Positions 18,939 to 30,105 of a DNA stretch of 64,000 bases are shown here, piece after piece. The translations under genes were made by a program, and so were the position numbers. The stretch comes from an uncultured Piscirickettsiaceae bacterium (GTDB taxonomy: Bacteria > Pseudomonadota > Gammaproteobacteria > GCF-002020875). Where the stretch lies: NCBI GenBank assembly GCA_964344435.1, contig CAYFNH010000002.1, positions 851 to 64,850 of the forward strand, read 5' to 3'. How positions within the stretch are numbered: position 1 is the first letter of the stretch; every line of letters starts with the position of its first letter. Under the pieces are notes generated by a model. The model was not told where the DNA came from, did not search any database, and saw only the letters and a list, made by a program, of their open reading frames with translations.

Positions 18939-19756
18939 GGCCAATCGTCCTCGCAATGGGGGGACATGACCCCACCGGGGGGGCCGGTATTCAGGCAGAT
19001 ATCGAAACCGTAAGCGCACTGGGGGGAACTGCCCTCACCCTGCCAACCGCACTCACCATTCAGGATAGCCATCGAGTACACCGCTTCACCCCCACCCCGG
19101 TCGACTACCTGCTGGAACAGGGGCATCTGCTGCTACAGGAATTTCCCATCTCCGCCATCAAGATCGGCATGGTCGCCAGCGTAGAGAGTGCCGCTGCAAT
19201 AGCCAGGCTCCTCCAGCCCTATGGTGAGATCCCGGTGGTGCTCGATCCGGTACTTGCCGCTGGCGGTGGAGGGGCACTCCACACTGAAGGAGTGGCCTCT
19301 GCACTACGGCAAACCCTGCTGCCAATCACCACGATGGCCACCCCCAACCGGGAGGAGCTTGGCAGACTGGTTCCCGAGAAAACGGAAGAGGGGGCACGCA
19401 GCCAGCAGCTGATCAATCTTGGAACCGAAGCGGTGCTGGTAACCGGTACAGACCAGCCAGCTAGCGGTGAAGGTGAGCATATCTGCCACACTCTCTACCA
19501 AGATACTCGATACACCCCCTTCCAGAGCCCACGCCTCCCCCACCACTACCACGGTTCCGGCTGCACCCTGGCATCAGCCATTGCCACCCTGATTGCACAG
19601 AAGATCCCTCTTGCAGAGGCCATTCAGACAGCGCTTGACTACACCCTGGAAACACTACGCCATGCCTCTCACCCAACCTCGGGGCAGCACTTTCCAAACC
19701 GATACTTTCCAAACCGTTTGACAAAAAATATCTGCTGGATTAACTCGGTCGAGTAA
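18935..19756 (+). CDS. thiD: hydroxymethylpyrimidine/phosphomethylpyrimidine kinase
   Basis: 273 aa; VLAMGGHDPTGGAGIQADIETVSALGG is the ThiD/PdxK family N-terminus. Confidence 0.85.
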   Translation: MRPIVLAMGGHDPTGGAGIQADIETVSALGGTALTLPTALTIQDSHRVHRFTPTPVDYLLEQGHLLLQEFPISAIKIGMVASVESAAAIARLLQPYGEIPVVLDPVLAAGGGGALHTEGVASALRQTLLPITTMATPNREELGRLVPEKTEEGARSQQLINLGTEAVLVTGTDQPASGEGEHICHTLYQDTRYTPFQSPRLPHHYHGSGCTLASAIATLIAQKIPLAEAIQTALDYTLETLRHASHPTSGQHFPNRYFPNRLTKNICWINSVE

Positions 19757-19861
19757 CTATACTCTCTTGTGCGACCATTGACTTTCTGACAGTATATATA
19801 TAGCTAGAAAATCATGGCGTTACATATCATATAACTTATATACTATAAACGGGAGACTCTC

Positions 19862-20701
19862 ATGAACATTCACAAAGCCACCTGGGCTGAGCACCTGCTT
19901 GCAAGCACACTGATACTGCTTACCACCCTGACAACCTCAACACAACTGCTGGCAGACGAGTTCCCGCTACGAGCCAAATTTTCAGAGGTCACCCCCATAT
20001 CCGGTGAGGCACTGAACGAAAAATATAATGACTACACCATCGTTGATGCCCGCTCCGCCTTTGAGTTCGATACCATCCATATTGCCAAGGCGATCAACAT
20101 TCCGGTTGCCAGTAAGTCTTTTGACAAACTGCTCGCCCAAAAGGTAGCCAAAGATGCGCCGGTTGCCTTCTACTGCAATGGAATCACCTGTGCCAAGAGC
20201 TACAAGGCGGCACGCAAGGCAGCCTCTCTCGGCTATACCCAGGCACGGGTGTACGATGCCGGCATCTTCACCTGGATCAAAACCTATCCACAACGCGCAT
20301 CGCTGATCGGCACCACCCCGGCAGATCCAGCACACCTGATCTCCAAGGCGGATCTGCAGGCAAAGATGGTTGATTTTGCCGGTTTCCAGAAAATCGCCAA
20401 GGAGAGTGGCAACACGGTTCTGATCGACGTTCGCGACCCCTATCAGCGTACACTCGCCTCAGACCGCAGCAAGAAGATTGATCTGCCAGCCATTGATGGT
20501 CTGCGCCCACGCAACATACCACTCGATAGAATGGGCAAAATGCTCAAGAGTGGACAGATGAAAGACAAGACTCTGCTGATCTATGATGCCGTGGGCAAAC
20601 AGGTACGCTGGCTGCAGTACCACCTGGAAGGGAATGGTTACGGCGATTACTACTTCCTCAACAAGGGTGTATTCGGCGTTACCGGTATCGTTAACAAATA
20701 G
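19862..20701 (+). CDS. periplasmic tandem-rhodanese-domain protein (sulfurtransferase-like)
   Basis: Signal peptide; first rhodanese domain has an active-site Cys loop (FYCNGITCAKS). Second domain lacks the catalytic Cys. Confidence 0.7.
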   Translation: MNIHKATWAEHLLASTLILLTTLTTSTQLLADEFPLRAKFSEVTPISGEALNEKYNDYTIVDARSAFEFDTIHIAKAINIPVASKSFDKLLAQKVAKDAPVAFYCNGITCAKSYKAARKAASLGYTQARVYDAGIFTWIKTYPQRASLIGTTPADPAHLISKADLQAKMVDFAGFQKIAKESGNTVLIDVRDPYQRTLASDRSKKIDLPAIDGLRPRNIPLDRMGKMLKSGQMKDKTLLIYDAVGKQVRWLQYHLEGNGYGDYYFLNKGVFGVTGIVNK

Positions 20702-20732
20702 TCTCTCGCTCGACAGAGTGGTTCTCAAAATT

Positions 20733-20760
20733 CCCCCAAGGGTTGTTTGGGGGCGTTTTG
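20733..20760 (+). terminator. Rho-independent terminator after the rhodanese gene
   Basis: CCCCCAA-GGGTTGT-TTGGGGG followed by CGTTTTG. Confidence 0.6.
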
Positions 20761-20818
20761 GGTCACTCTGTATCTTGCCGCCACTCCACCTCTCTGATCA
20801 CTTTACGGATGCTCTAAC

Positions 20819-23017
20819 ATGAAGCTGGGTCTTAACGTCAAAAGTCTACTTTTTACCTCCGTCAGCATGTTGCTGCTGTTGGCAATCACGCTGACCGCCT
20901 CACTCCATCTCTCCGGAGAGGCACAACAGCACCAACTGTCAGAGACGATCACCTTGCTGGATACCCAACTGGAGGCACAGCAACAACTACTGCAGGAGGG
21001 ACTGCAGCAGAAAAGTGACAACCTCAGTGGACTGCTGACCATGATTGCCCCACAGGCAATCTTCTCCTTCGACTTCGATGCCCTACAGAGCTATGCAGAG
21101 GCCGCCGTTCGTGACAAGGAGATTGACCGGGTACGCTTTCTCAATGCGCAGGGAGAGACCATCGCAGACAGCGACCTTGAACAGCCTTCCATGGAAAACC
21201 CTCAGGTTTCAATTGCACTCGAACTGGATGGAGAGTCACTCGGCACCCTGCAGATGGCGGTGAATCATAACCACATCGACACGGCCATGAACCATACCCG
21301 CATCAACAATGAGCGCTATCAGGAGCAGATTCGTAGCGACACCGAAGCCGGGCGCAGCAACACCTTGTACTGGTCGATCCTGTTTGGTGTCATTACACTG
21401 CTGGCTACGGCCATTGTCTCCATCCTCTATATACGCAGCAGCATTACCGCCCCGATTCAGCAAGTGATCGAGCTTTTCAAGCAGATTGGTAGCGGCAAGT
21501 ATGATAACGAGATCACGACCCGGAGAAAGGATGAGATTGGCCAACTATTCCTGGATCTGCAACTGATGCAGCAGCAGCTCTCGGACAACATCGATCAGAT
21601 GCGTGAAAACGAGCAGCGTGCACTACGCATTAAGGTTGCCCTCGACAATGTCAGCGGCAACATCATGGTGGCCGACAATGACTTCAACATTATCTACATG
21701 AACCGTGAGCTGAAGCACTTCTTCACCGATCGAGCCGATGCCATCGCAACGGAGATCCAGGGTTTCAATGCCGACGATCTACTCAACACCAACATTGACA
21801 CTTTCCACAAGGAGCCACAGCGAATTCGCGATTTTCTCAACCAACTGGAGAGCTCCCATCGAGGTCAGGTCACCATTGCCGGCCTCACCTTTTCACAGAC
21901 CATCAATCCGGTGATCAATGATAACGGTGAGCGCCTTGGATATGCAGTGGAGTGGGATGACAAGACCGACCAGCTTGAGGCAGAGCAGGCCATCCAACAG
22001 CTGATTCAGGATGCCGAAAACGGCCATATGGAACGTCGTCTCAGTGCCGACCACTACCAGGGCTTCATGAAGACTCTGGGCAGCGGTATCAACACCGTAC
22101 TGGACGCCATCCACACCCCACTGCAAGAGGTGATCGAAACCCTTACCGCACTCTCCAACGGGGATCTCACCCGGCGTATGGAGGGGGCCTATAGCGGAGA
22201 GTTTGCAACCCTGAAAGAGGCCTACAACAACAGTGTCGGCAACCTGCAGGATATGGTGATCAACATCCGTACGGTTGCCAATGCGATCACCCTGGCATCC
22301 AGTGAGATTTCAACCGGCACCAATGATCTCTCCTCCCGCACCAGTGCGCAGGCCGCCAGTCTGGAGCAGACCTCTGCCAGCATGGAGGAGATGACCTCCT
22401 CGGTACAGCAAAATGCGAAACACGCCAACGATGCGGATCGTATCGCCAGCCAGACCAATCAACTCGCCTCGGAGGGGCGTGATGTGGTCCACCAGGCGAT
22501 CGACTCGATGGAGCGAATCAACCAGGCCAGTGACAAGATTGCCAACATCATCAGCACCATCGATGACATCGCCTTTCAGACCAATCTGCTCGCCCTCAAT
22601 GCGGCGGTCGAGGCAGCACGCGCCGGAGAGCAGGGGCGTGGCTTTGCCGTGGTTGCCGGAGAGGTGCGTTCACTGGCACAGAAGGCAACGCTGGAGGCAC
22701 AGAACATCAAGGCGCTGGTCGATGAAACCACCGAAAGCATCGGCGCTGGCAGCAGCCTGGTCAACCGTACCGGAGAATCCCTGCAGTCCATCGCCGCTTC
22801 AACCCAACAGGTGAGCGATGTGGTTGCCCAGATCACCCAGGCCAGCCAGGAGCAGTCCAACGGCATCGGTCAGGTCAACAACGCCATTGCCAAACTCGAC
22901 AGTGCCAACCAGCAGAATGCCGCTCTGGTTGAGGAGACTGCCGCCAGCAGCAGCTCGATGGATCAACAGGCAAGAGAGCTGGAAGAGATGATGAGCCGCT
23001 TCAAAACCGGCGGCTGA
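20819..23017 (+). CDS. methyl-accepting chemotaxis protein (periplasmic sensor, HAMP, PAS, MA domain)
   Basis: 732 aa. Two TM helices flank a ~150-aa periplasmic region. PAS-like segment; highly conserved MCP signalling domain ([36 protein letters not shown]). Confidence 0.9.
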   Translation: MKLGLNVKSLLFTSVSMLLLLAITLTASLHLSGEAQQHQLSETITLLDTQLEAQQQLLQEGLQQKSDNLSGLLTMIAPQAIFSFDFDALQSYAEAAVRDKEIDRVRFLNAQGETIADSDLEQPSMENPQVSIALELDGESLGTLQMAVNHNHIDTAMNHTRINNERYQEQIRSDTEAGRSNTLYWSILFGVITLLATAIVSILYIRSSITAPIQQVIELFKQIGSGKYDNEITTRRKDEIGQLFLDLQLMQQQLSDNIDQMRENEQRALRIKVALDNVSGNIMVADNDFNIIYMNRELKHFFTDRADAIATEIQGFNADDLLNTNIDTFHKEPQRIRDFLNQLESSHRGQVTIAGLTFSQTINPVINDNGERLGYAVEWDDKTDQLEAEQAIQQLIQDAENGHMERRLSADHYQGFMKTLGSGINTVLDAIHTPLQEVIETLTALSNGDLTRRMEGAYSGEFATLKEAYNNSVGNLQDMVINIRTVANAITLASSEISTGTNDLSSRTSAQAASLEQTSASMEEMTSSVQQNAKHANDADRIASQTNQLASEGRDVVHQAIDSMERINQASDKIANIISTIDDIAFQTNLLALNAAVEAARAGEQGRGFAVVAGEVRSLAQKATLEAQNIKALVDETTESIGAGSSLVNRTGESLQSIAASTQQVSDVVAQITQASQEQSNGIGQVNNAIAKLDSANQQNAALVEETAASSSSMDQQARELEEMMSRFKTGG

Positions 23018-23023
23018 CACGAG

Positions 23024-23662
23024 ATGTCCGCACCTACACCGGAACAGCATCTTCGCGGCCTCTATCTGATTACTGACCACCAGCTAACCGAAAAGAGTGG
23101 ACTGGTAGCGGCCGTCGCGGCCGCCATTCAGGGGGGCGCCCGACTGGTTCAGTACCGCAACAAACACGCTACACAGGCACGCAAACGGTGGGAAATCGAG
23201 GATCTGCTAACCCTGTGCCGCCCGCTCGGGATCCCTCTGATTGTCAACGATGATATTGCACTGGCTGCCGAGACCGGGGCAGATGGGGTTCACCTCGGCA
23301 CTGAGGATGGCGACATCTCGGCAGCACGAACCCGACTCGGCACTGCAGCGATCATCGGTGCCTCCTGTTACAATTCACTGGATCGTGCCAGAACAGCAGC
23401 CGCTGAAGGAGCCAGTTACGTCGCCTTTGGTCGCTTCTTCCCCTCGCAAACCAAGCCAGACGCGGTTCTGGCCACACCGGATCTGCTTCAGGCTGCACGT
23501 GCAGAGCTGAAGATTCCACTCTGTGCCATCGGGGGGATCGATGCCACCAATGGTACGGAGCTGATCACAGCCGGTGCGGATATGCTGGCTGTGGTTCATG
23601 CCGTTCTGGCTGCCGATGATATTACTGCGGCAGCTGGCACACTGAATAACCTGTTTCATTAA
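23024..23662 (+). CDS. thiE: thiamine-phosphate synthase
   Basis: 212 aa; [12 protein letters not shown]... and GADGVHLG motifs. Confidence 0.88.
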   Translation: MSAPTPEQHLRGLYLITDHQLTEKSGLVAAVAAAIQGGARLVQYRNKHATQARKRWEIEDLLTLCRPLGIPLIVNDDIALAAETGADGVHLGTEDGDISAARTRLGTAAIIGASCYNSLDRARTAAAEGASYVAFGRFFPSQTKPDAVLATPDLLQAARAELKIPLCAIGGIDATNGTELITAGADMLAVVHAVLAADDITAAAGTLNNLFH

Positions 23663-23681
23663 AAATTCCAGAGGAGGGAAT

Positions 23682-24962
23682 ATGACCCGCTCACATGACC
23701 TGTTTCAAACTGCTCAACAACACATCCCCGGCGGCGTAAACTCCCCGGTACGCGCCTTTCGTGGCGTTGGCGGCGACCCGGTCTATATCAAACGGGCCGA
23801 AGGGGCCTATATCTATGATGAGGATGGCCGTGGCTATATCGACTATGTTGGCTCCTGGGGGCCGATGATCCTGGGGCATGCCCACCCGGAAGTGATCGAG
23901 ACGGTACAGCGCAGTGCCGCCAATGGCCTCAGCTTCGGTGCCCCTACCGAAATCGAGACCATCATGGCGGAGAAGGTGAAGGCCCTGGTTCCCTCCATCG
24001 AGATGGTGCGTATGGTCAGCTCCGGTACCGAGGCGACCATGAGTGCGATCCGTCTCGCCCGTGGCTATACCGGACGTGACAAGATCGTCAAGTTCGAGGG
24101 CTGCTACCATGGCCACGCCGACTCTCTGTTGGTAAAGGCCGGCTCCGGCGCCCTTACCTTTGGTGAGCCTACTTCACCCGGTGTTCCCAAGGCACTGGCA
24201 GAGCACACCATCACCCTCAACTACAATGACAGTGATCAGGTACGAACGCTGTTTGCCGAGATCGGGGATGAGATCGCCTGCATCATCGTCGAACCGGTGG
24301 CCGGCAACATGAACTGCATCCCCCCGGTAGCGGGTTTTCTTGAAACCCTGCGCGAGGTGTGTGATGCCCACGGCTCGGTTCTGATTCTGGATGAGGTGAT
24401 GACCGGCTTCCGCGTCAGCCTCGGCGGTGCACAGGGCAAACTCGGCATTACCCCCGACCTGACCACGCTGGGCAAGGTGATTGGTGGCGGTATGCCGGTA
24501 GGGGCATTCGGCGGCAAACGCGAGATCATGGAACATCTATCCCCTCTGGGCCCGGTCTACCAGGCGGGTACCCTCTCCGGCAATCCTCTGGCGATGGCCG
24601 CCGGGCTCAAAACCCTGGAGCTGATCTCTGCCGACGGCTTCTTTGATGAACTGGAACAGAAAGTCGCCATTCTCACCGACGGCATCCTGGAGGCAGCCAA
24701 CGAACACAATATCCCGATGCGCTGCAACCGTATCGGCGGCATGTTTGGCCTCTTCTTCACCGAAGCCGACAAGGTGGAGACCTTTGCCGCAGTCAGTAAC
24801 TGTGATGGTGAACGCTTCAACCGCTTCTTCCATGGTATGCTCAAGGAGGGAGTCTATCTGGCCCCCTCCTCCTACGAGGCTGGTTTTGTCTCCTCGGCAC
24901 ACCGTGAATCAGACCTGGAGGCGACCATCAAGGCGGCACGCAAGGTACTCGCCTCACTTTGA
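23682..24962 (+). CDS. hemL: glutamate-1-semialdehyde 2,1-aminomutase
   Basis: 426 aa class-III aminotransferase; [12 protein letters not shown] and [16 protein letters not shown] (PLP-Lys) motifs. Confidence 0.95.
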   Translation: MTRSHDLFQTAQQHIPGGVNSPVRAFRGVGGDPVYIKRAEGAYIYDEDGRGYIDYVGSWGPMILGHAHPEVIETVQRSAANGLSFGAPTEIETIMAEKVKALVPSIEMVRMVSSGTEATMSAIRLARGYTGRDKIVKFEGCYHGHADSLLVKAGSGALTFGEPTSPGVPKALAEHTITLNYNDSDQVRTLFAEIGDEIACIIVEPVAGNMNCIPPVAGFLETLREVCDAHGSVLILDEVMTGFRVSLGGAQGKLGITPDLTTLGKVIGGGMPVGAFGGKREIMEHLSPLGPVYQAGTLSGNPLAMAAGLKTLELISADGFFDELEQKVAILTDGILEAANEHNIPMRCNRIGGMFGLFFTEADKVETFAAVSNCDGERFNRFFHGMLKEGVYLAPSSYEAGFVSSAHRESDLEATIKAARKVLASL

Positions 24963-25444
24963 GCGCATTGTGGACGGCACTGAACGACTGGTTCAGTGCC
25001 AATGAGACGCTACTGTTCTGGGTTGGAGTGGGCTCGTCCGCAATGCTGGTTGGCTCCATTCTGGCCCTGCCCTGGCTGGTAGGGCAGATCCCGGAAAACT
25101 ACTTCCGCCACCCACAGGAGCCGGTTGCCCCTGCCCTGCAGGAGCATCCCCTGCTGCGCCTGCTGCTCCACCTGCTGAGAAATGTGGTCGGAGGTATCCT
25201 GATTATCGCCGGATTCCTGATGCTGTTCCTGCCGGGACAGGGATTATTGACCCTGCTACTGGGGATCATGCTCTGCCATTTTCCCGGCAAATACCGTCTG
25301 GAGCAGTGGTTCATCCGCCAACCCGGTATACTTGGCGCTTTAAACTGGTTTCGTGAAAGGGGTAACCACCCCCCACTGAGCCTTGCACCCAACGAAGATA
25401 ACCATGAACAATCACGAATCAACCGCTCCTCTGGAAGGTGCTGA
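24959..25444 (+). CDS. small membrane protein (PGPGW-like motif)
   Basis: 161 aa, 2-3 TM helices, LFLPGQGLL motif. Confidence 0.45.
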   Translation: MSALWTALNDWFSANETLLFWVGVGSSAMLVGSILALPWLVGQIPENYFRHPQEPVAPALQEHPLLRLLLHLLRNVVGGILIIAGFLMLFLPGQGLLTLLLGIMLCHFPGKYRLEQWFIRQPGILGALNWFRERGNHPPLSLAPNEDNHEQSRINRSSGRC

Positions 25445-25832
25445 CCCAGAAAAAGCGGATGTCCGCCTGGCACTCTGGGCGGCCTCCCTCTATCTCATCA
25501 ACCTGCTGCTGCTACCGGGCATCGGTTACCTGCTGCTTGGCTGGCTCTACTTTCGCAACCGTGAGCGTGATGACCGACCGCTCGGTAACATCCACCTGCG
25601 CGAGGCCTTTACCGCCTCCACGGTTGGCGGAGGGCTGATTTTCGCCACCCTGCTCTTCTTCTGGATCGGTGGCTTCGATGTCTCCAGCAGCTGGGTCTAT
25701 GCCATCATCTACTTTACCCTGATCCACTCCAGCTTTATTCTGCTGGGGGTATTGGCACTGGCTCGCGCCTTTGCCGCAGAACCTTTCTACTATCCCCTTA
25801 TCGGCAAACACCGCGCACGGCTGTTTGATTGA
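25383..25832 (+). CDS. hypothetical polytopic membrane protein
   Basis: ~140 aa with 4 predicted TM helices. Start uncertain; overlaps the upstream gene. Confidence 0.4.
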   Translation: MHPTKITMNNHESTAPLEGADPEKADVRLALWAASLYLINLLLLPGIGYLLLGWLYFRNRERDDRPLGNIHLREAFTASTVGGGLIFATLLFFWIGGFDVSSSWVYAIIYFTLIHSSFILLGVLALARAFAAEPFYYPLIGKHRARLFD

Positions 25833-25839
25833 TGTACTC

Positions 25840-26766
25840 ATGATGAACCGTTACCAGAGTACAGAGCTGGAGGATGCCGTTGCCGAACTGAAGCGGGAGA
25901 TGCGCCGTGGGCGCTGGTTCAAGAATACCCTCTACCTGCTGCTGATCGGCTATCTACTGCTACTGATTCTCGCCTCGGTGGGGGTAATTGATGAGATTGA
26001 TCCGGCACAACGGATCGCCTCGATCAAGCTACAGGGGGAAATCAGCAGCGAGACCCCCAACAGTGCAGAGATTCTGGCCCCAGCCATCCGCAGGGCAGCC
26101 AAGGACGAGCGCGTAAAACATATACTGCTGCAGCTCAACTCCCCCGGTGGCACCCCCTCCCAGGCTGAACGGCTCTGGCAGCTGCTGCGCCAGGTAAAAA
26201 AGGATCACCCTGAAAAGAAGATCCTGGTCAGTATCGATGAGCTCTGTGCCTCTGCCTGCTACTACATCGCCTCCGCGGCCGATGAGATCCATGCCACCGA
26301 GGTCTCTCTGATCGGTTCCATCGGGGTACGCATGGGTGGTTTTGGCTTTGTTGGTGCGATGCAGAAGCATGGTGTTGAACAGCGTGAGCTGACCGCAGGC
26401 GAGTACAAGGCGCTGCTCGACCCGTTCTCTCCACGCAATCCGGAGACAGAGCAGTTCCTCAAGGAGCATGTACTGGCTACCACCCACAACATCTTTATTG
26501 ACCGGGTCAAACAGGGGCGAGGTGATCGACTCGACCACGATAGCGAGCTGTTCAACGGGCTCATCTGGGTGGGTCAGGAGGCGAAGTCGCTGGGGCTGAT
26601 CGACGGTTTCTCCTCTCCCCGGGAGATGGCTGACAACCTGCAGGTCGAGAGTATTGTGGATTACACCCCCAAGGTGGATCTGTTCGAGCAGTACGCCAAC
26701 CAGTTTGCCGCCAGCCTGCGCAGTAGCTGGCGCAGTCTGACCCACAGCCGAGTGGAGATGCGGTAG
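25840..26766 (+). CDS. sppA: signal peptide peptidase SppA (S49, 36K type)
   Basis: LQLNSPGGTPSQAERL...SIDELCASACYYIASAADEIHA...GSIGV motifs. ATG at 25840 inside track ORF 25771..26766. Confidence 0.85.
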   Translation: MMNRYQSTELEDAVAELKREMRRGRWFKNTLYLLLIGYLLLLILASVGVIDEIDPAQRIASIKLQGEISSETPNSAEILAPAIRRAAKDERVKHILLQLNSPGGTPSQAERLWQLLRQVKKDHPEKKILVSIDELCASACYYIASAADEIHATEVSLIGSIGVRMGGFGFVGAMQKHGVEQRELTAGEYKALLDPFSPRNPETEQFLKEHVLATTHNIFIDRVKQGRGDRLDHDSELFNGLIWVGQEAKSLGLIDGFSSPREMADNLQVESIVDYTPKVDLFEQYANQFAASLRSSWRSLTHSRVEMR

Positions 26767-26770
26767 GGGG

Positions 26771-28483
26771 CTACTCCGGTAGCGCCTCGATAATGGCCTC
26801 ATCCAGGGCTCTGGCTGCAGCCTCAATCTCCTCATCGGAGCTGAGCTGATCCACGGCATCACACACCGTTCTCGCCAGATCGGTCAACCGAGGGTAGCCA
26901 AAGTTCGCGGCACTACCTTTGATGTTGTGTGCAGCCAACCGCAGCGCCTCCCACGCCCGTTCCTGCAGGGCACTACGAATTTCATGCTGGCGCTCGGCCG
27001 TACCCTGTAGAAAAATTTCTCTCAACTCGTCACTCACCACCAATTCATGGCTATGCGGGGCAAGCTGAAGTGACTTTGCCTCCTCTGCACTGAGTGATTG
27101 CAGGTACTGCTGCAACACCTTCTCCAGTGTGGATTCATCAACCGGCTTGGAGAGAAATGCATCGGCCCCCGCCTGCATGAATTTATTGCGATGCACCTGC
27201 ATCACATTGGCCGTGAGTGCAACAATCGGCACCTGACAGAAGGATTGGCGCAACAAGGTAGTGGCCTCAATGCCATCCATCACCGGCATCTGCATATCCA
27301 TCAAAATCAGATCCCAGGATTCAGATAACCCCCGCTCCAGAGCCTGCTGGCCATCCTCGGCAATCACCACTTCGATGCCATACCCCTCCAGCAACTGGCG
27401 CATCAGCAACTGTACCTCGCGGGTATCTTCCGCCACCAAGATCCGTCCTTGAAAATAGAGCAGCTCATCCTCCTGTCCGGCCTCTGCAATCGGCTCCCCC
27501 TGCTGCAACGGAAGATCCACCTGAAAACGGGAACCTCTCCCCTCTTCACTCTGTACCTCCACCATTCCCCCCATCAGCTGGATCAGTTTCCAGGAGATGT
27601 GCAACCCCAGTCCGGTTCCACCGTGCCTGCGGGAGATTGCCGAGTCGGCCTGATAGAAGGGTTCAAAGAGCTGTTCGATCACCTCTGTGGACATGCCGAT
27701 TCCCTGATCCTCAACCACGATCCGGATCCAGCTCCCCTGCCCCAGTGGCCCCTCCTCCAGCTGTTCAACCTGTAGATGTACCTCACCCTGATCGGTGAAC
27801 TTCACCGCATTGCCACAGAGGTTGAGCATAATCTGGCGAACCCGCTGCAGATCACCAATCAACAGGTGGTCAAAAACCCCCTTCAGTTCCGCCTTGAAGG
27901 TGATGCCATCATCGGTCGAGCGGCGTGGAAAAATCTTCTGCAGCTCCTCAACCAGCTCACGCATGTTGAAAGGGCTCCACTCCAGACTGAACCCCTCGGT
28001 ATCCAGTCGGGAGAGATCCAGAATGTCATTCAGCATATAGAGTAGAGAGCGCCCGGAGATATCGATGGTCTGCAGTGTCTCCTGTTGCACCACAGTCAAG
28101 TCACTCTTTGCCAGCTGATCACTACTGCCCAGCAGAACCGTCAATGGGGTGCGCAGTTCGTGGCTCATGGTGGCCATGAACTCATCCCGAGCCTGATGGG
28201 CCCTGTCAATCTCCGCTTGCTGCTCCCGCAGTTGCTGCTGCATCGGGGTGACTACCACCTGCTGCACACTGCTCCAGAGCAGCCCCCAGACCGCCCCGAT
28301 AAACAGAACCAATACAACCATGGTCTCCATCAGGTAGAGCTCTACAAAGGTATTACTAACCAGCCCCAACCCAACCAACACCAACAGCACGACCGCAGCC
28401 AACAGCAACAGCACTCGACGCAGCAACGGACGCTGCCAGCGCAGCTCGACCGCTTCATCCCCCCTGTGTACGAATGCTCCCAT
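26771..28483 (-). CDS. hybrid sensor histidine kinase (2 TM, HisKA, HATPase, REC, Hpt)
   Basis: H-box MSHELRTPLT, G-boxes, receiver LILMDMQMPVMDG, C-terminal Hpt signature AAHNIKGSAANFG. Confidence 0.9.
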   Translation of the reverse strand: MGAFVHRGDEAVELRWQRPLLRRVLLLLAAVVLLVLVGLGLVSNTFVELYLMETMVVLVLFIGAVWGLLWSSVQQVVVTPMQQQLREQQAEIDRAHQARDEFMATMSHELRTPLTVLLGSSDQLAKSDLTVVQQETLQTIDISGRSLLYMLNDILDLSRLDTEGFSLEWSPFNMRELVEELQKIFPRRSTDDGITFKAELKGVFDHLLIGDLQRVRQIMLNLCGNAVKFTDQGEVHLQVEQLEEGPLGQGSWIRIVVEDQGIGMSTEVIEQLFEPFYQADSAISRRHGGTGLGLHISWKLIQLMGGMVEVQSEEGRGSRFQVDLPLQQGEPIAEAGQEDELLYFQGRILVAEDTREVQLLMRQLLEGYGIEVVIAEDGQQALERGLSESWDLILMDMQMPVMDGIEATTLLRQSFCQVPIVALTANVMQVHRNKFMQAGADAFLSKPVDESTLEKVLQQYLQSLSAEEAKSLQLAPHSHELVVSDELREIFLQGTAERQHEIRSALQERAWEALRLAAHNIKGSAANFGYPRLTDLARTVCDAVDQLSSDEEIEAAARALDEAIIEALPE

Positions 28484-28493
28484 CAGCCCCCAT

Positions 28494-29327
28494 CTATCTG
28501 GTAATTGAGTTGTGATCTCTCAGCAACTGTTCGATTCGATCGAGACGCCGCTCCATCGCCTCGGTATGCTCCCGAATCCAGTGTACCTCTCCCGCTTCCC
28601 CCTCGCCACTCTCCTGGTCGAACCGTTGATGCTCCCGGGTCAGTACATCGAGCACGATACCAACCATCATATTGAGAAAGACAAAAGTAGTGAGGAAGAT
28701 GAAGCTGAGATAGTAGATCCAGCTCAGCGGGTAGACCGCCATGGTCTCATACATCACATCGGTCCAGTCCTCGAAGGTGGAGACCCGAAACAGGGTAAGC
28801 ATTGAGATCGCCACATCTCCCCACAGGGTTTCGTTGATCTTCTCGAACAGAAAGCTGCCAACCGCCCCGTAGATATAGAAGATGACAAACATCAACAGCA
28901 CCACATAACCCATGCGCGGAATCGCCTTGAACAGCGCATTGATCAACAGGCGCAGCTCGGGGATGAGTGAAACCAGTCGCAACACCCGGAAGATGCGCAG
29001 TAGCCGGGCCAGCAGCACCAGCTCGCTATCCTCCAGCGGGATCAGACTGGCAACCACAATGGTAAAATCAAACAGATTCCAGCCGGAGCGGAAGAAGTTG
29101 AGAAAGCGCCGCTCTGCCAACATGCGCACCGAGATCTCCAGTACAAAGAAGAGGGTGACACCGATATCGAGCCACTCCAGTGCCTGTGTCAGCTCCAGAC
29201 TCAGGTTGTAGGTCTTGGCACCAATGGTGAGTGCAGAGACCACGATGATCAGGATGACCGCCGACTCGAACCATTTATTGCGCTGAAGCTGCTCCAATCG
29301 GGACTGAAAACCGGTTAACGTATTCAC
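28494..29327 (-). CDS. voltage-gated ion channel superfamily protein (NaChBac-like single 6-TM domain)
   Basis: 277 aa. S4 voltage-sensor-like helix with Arg every third residue (LARLLRIFRVLRLVSLIPELRLL), pore-loop region, then a C-terminal coiled-coil-like tail. Confidence 0.75.
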   Translation of the reverse strand: MNTLTGFQSRLEQLQRNKWFESAVILIIVVSALTIGAKTYNLSLELTQALEWLDIGVTLFFVLEISVRMLAERRFLNFFRSGWNLFDFTIVVASLIPLEDSELVLLARLLRIFRVLRLVSLIPELRLLINALFKAIPRMGYVVLLMFVIFYIYGAVGSFLFEKINETLWGDVAISMLTLFRVSTFEDWTDVMYETMAVYPLSWIYYLSFIFLTTFVFLNMMVGIVLDVLTREHQRFDQESGEGEAGEVHWIREHTEAMERRLDRIEQLLRDHNSITR

Positions 29328-29655
29328 AACAAATTCCTCGACTCCATTATCGGTCTACCGGGGGGCAAACAGCGACCTTATCCATGGTATCCCACTGCGA
29401 TCAACAGACCGCCTACCGCCACGCCAAGCAGAAAAACGGCCAGCATCGCCAACAGCTTGCCCCACTAGGTACGCGGCACAAGACTCAGTGCCCACTCAAA
29501 AAAGATGCACATCGTTCAACGCTGCATCTGATGCAATTCTTCTTGCCAGAGGCGTTTTGCACCATTCCCCCCAGAAGGTGTGCGTCACCTCTCCCTCTCG
29601 CAACTGCTCCAGCGCACCCTCCTGAAAATCGAAGAGCCGAATCCTCACTGCAGCA

Positions 29656-29859
29656 TCATCCCTGCGCTGCAACCCGACGGAATGCCACTTCCTCCATATC
29701 AGCCTGAATCGAGGCGCGCTCAATGGTCATGTTGACGACATTGCCCTGCTGATCCAGATCGACGTAGAGGTTCTCATTGATCTCTTTCGTTTCCGATACC
29801 GGATGGTCAGAAAACTCCATCAACGCCGTATCGGTATCTTCAAAATACTTAATTTTCAT
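29656..29859 (-). CDS. DUF2283-family small protein (putative antitoxin)
   Basis: MKIKYFEDTDTALMEFSD...YVDLDQQGNVVNMTIERAS matches the DUF2283 pattern (YD.E.DAL.I.L ... D.D..G.IVGIEIL). Start at the internal Met of track ORF 29656..29913. Confidence 0.6.
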   Translation of the reverse strand: MKIKYFEDTDTALMEFSDHPVSETKEINENLYVDLDQQGNVVNMTIERASIQADMEEVAFRRVAAQG

Positions 29860-30097
29860 CATTCGACTCCTTAAACCCCCGATCAAAGAATGCATTATGG
29901 ATGGTTTCTCCATCCTCCAGAAGAATCACCCGCAAATACTTCCCCTCTTCTGCAATATATCCCCACTTTCTGATCCGTCCATCCTGCTGAACCTCTGTTG
30001 CAACAGGCTCTCTGACCACCGATTCGATCCATGCCGTATCAATCATGGCCCGGTCTGCCCGCTGCCGGGTATAGAGAAAATATTGGGTAAACTTCAT
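29849..30097 (-). CDS. DUF4258-family protein (putative toxin of a DUF4258/DUF2283 pair)
   Basis: 82 aa. Overlaps the downstream DUF2283 gene by ~11 nt, the typical operon arrangement for this pair. Confidence 0.55.
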   Translation of the reverse strand: MKFTQYFLYTRQRADRAMIDTAWIESVVREPVATEVQQDGRIRKWGYIAEEGKYLRVILLEDGETIHNAFFDRGFKESNDEN

Positions 30098-30105
30098 CTG
30101 CTGAT

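Noticed and set aside
29496-29723. 75-aa minus-strand ORF overlapping the 3' end of the DUF2283 gene
   Set aside because: No recognisable family; partly overlaps a better-supported gene. The region between the ion-channel gene and the TA pair is left unannotated.
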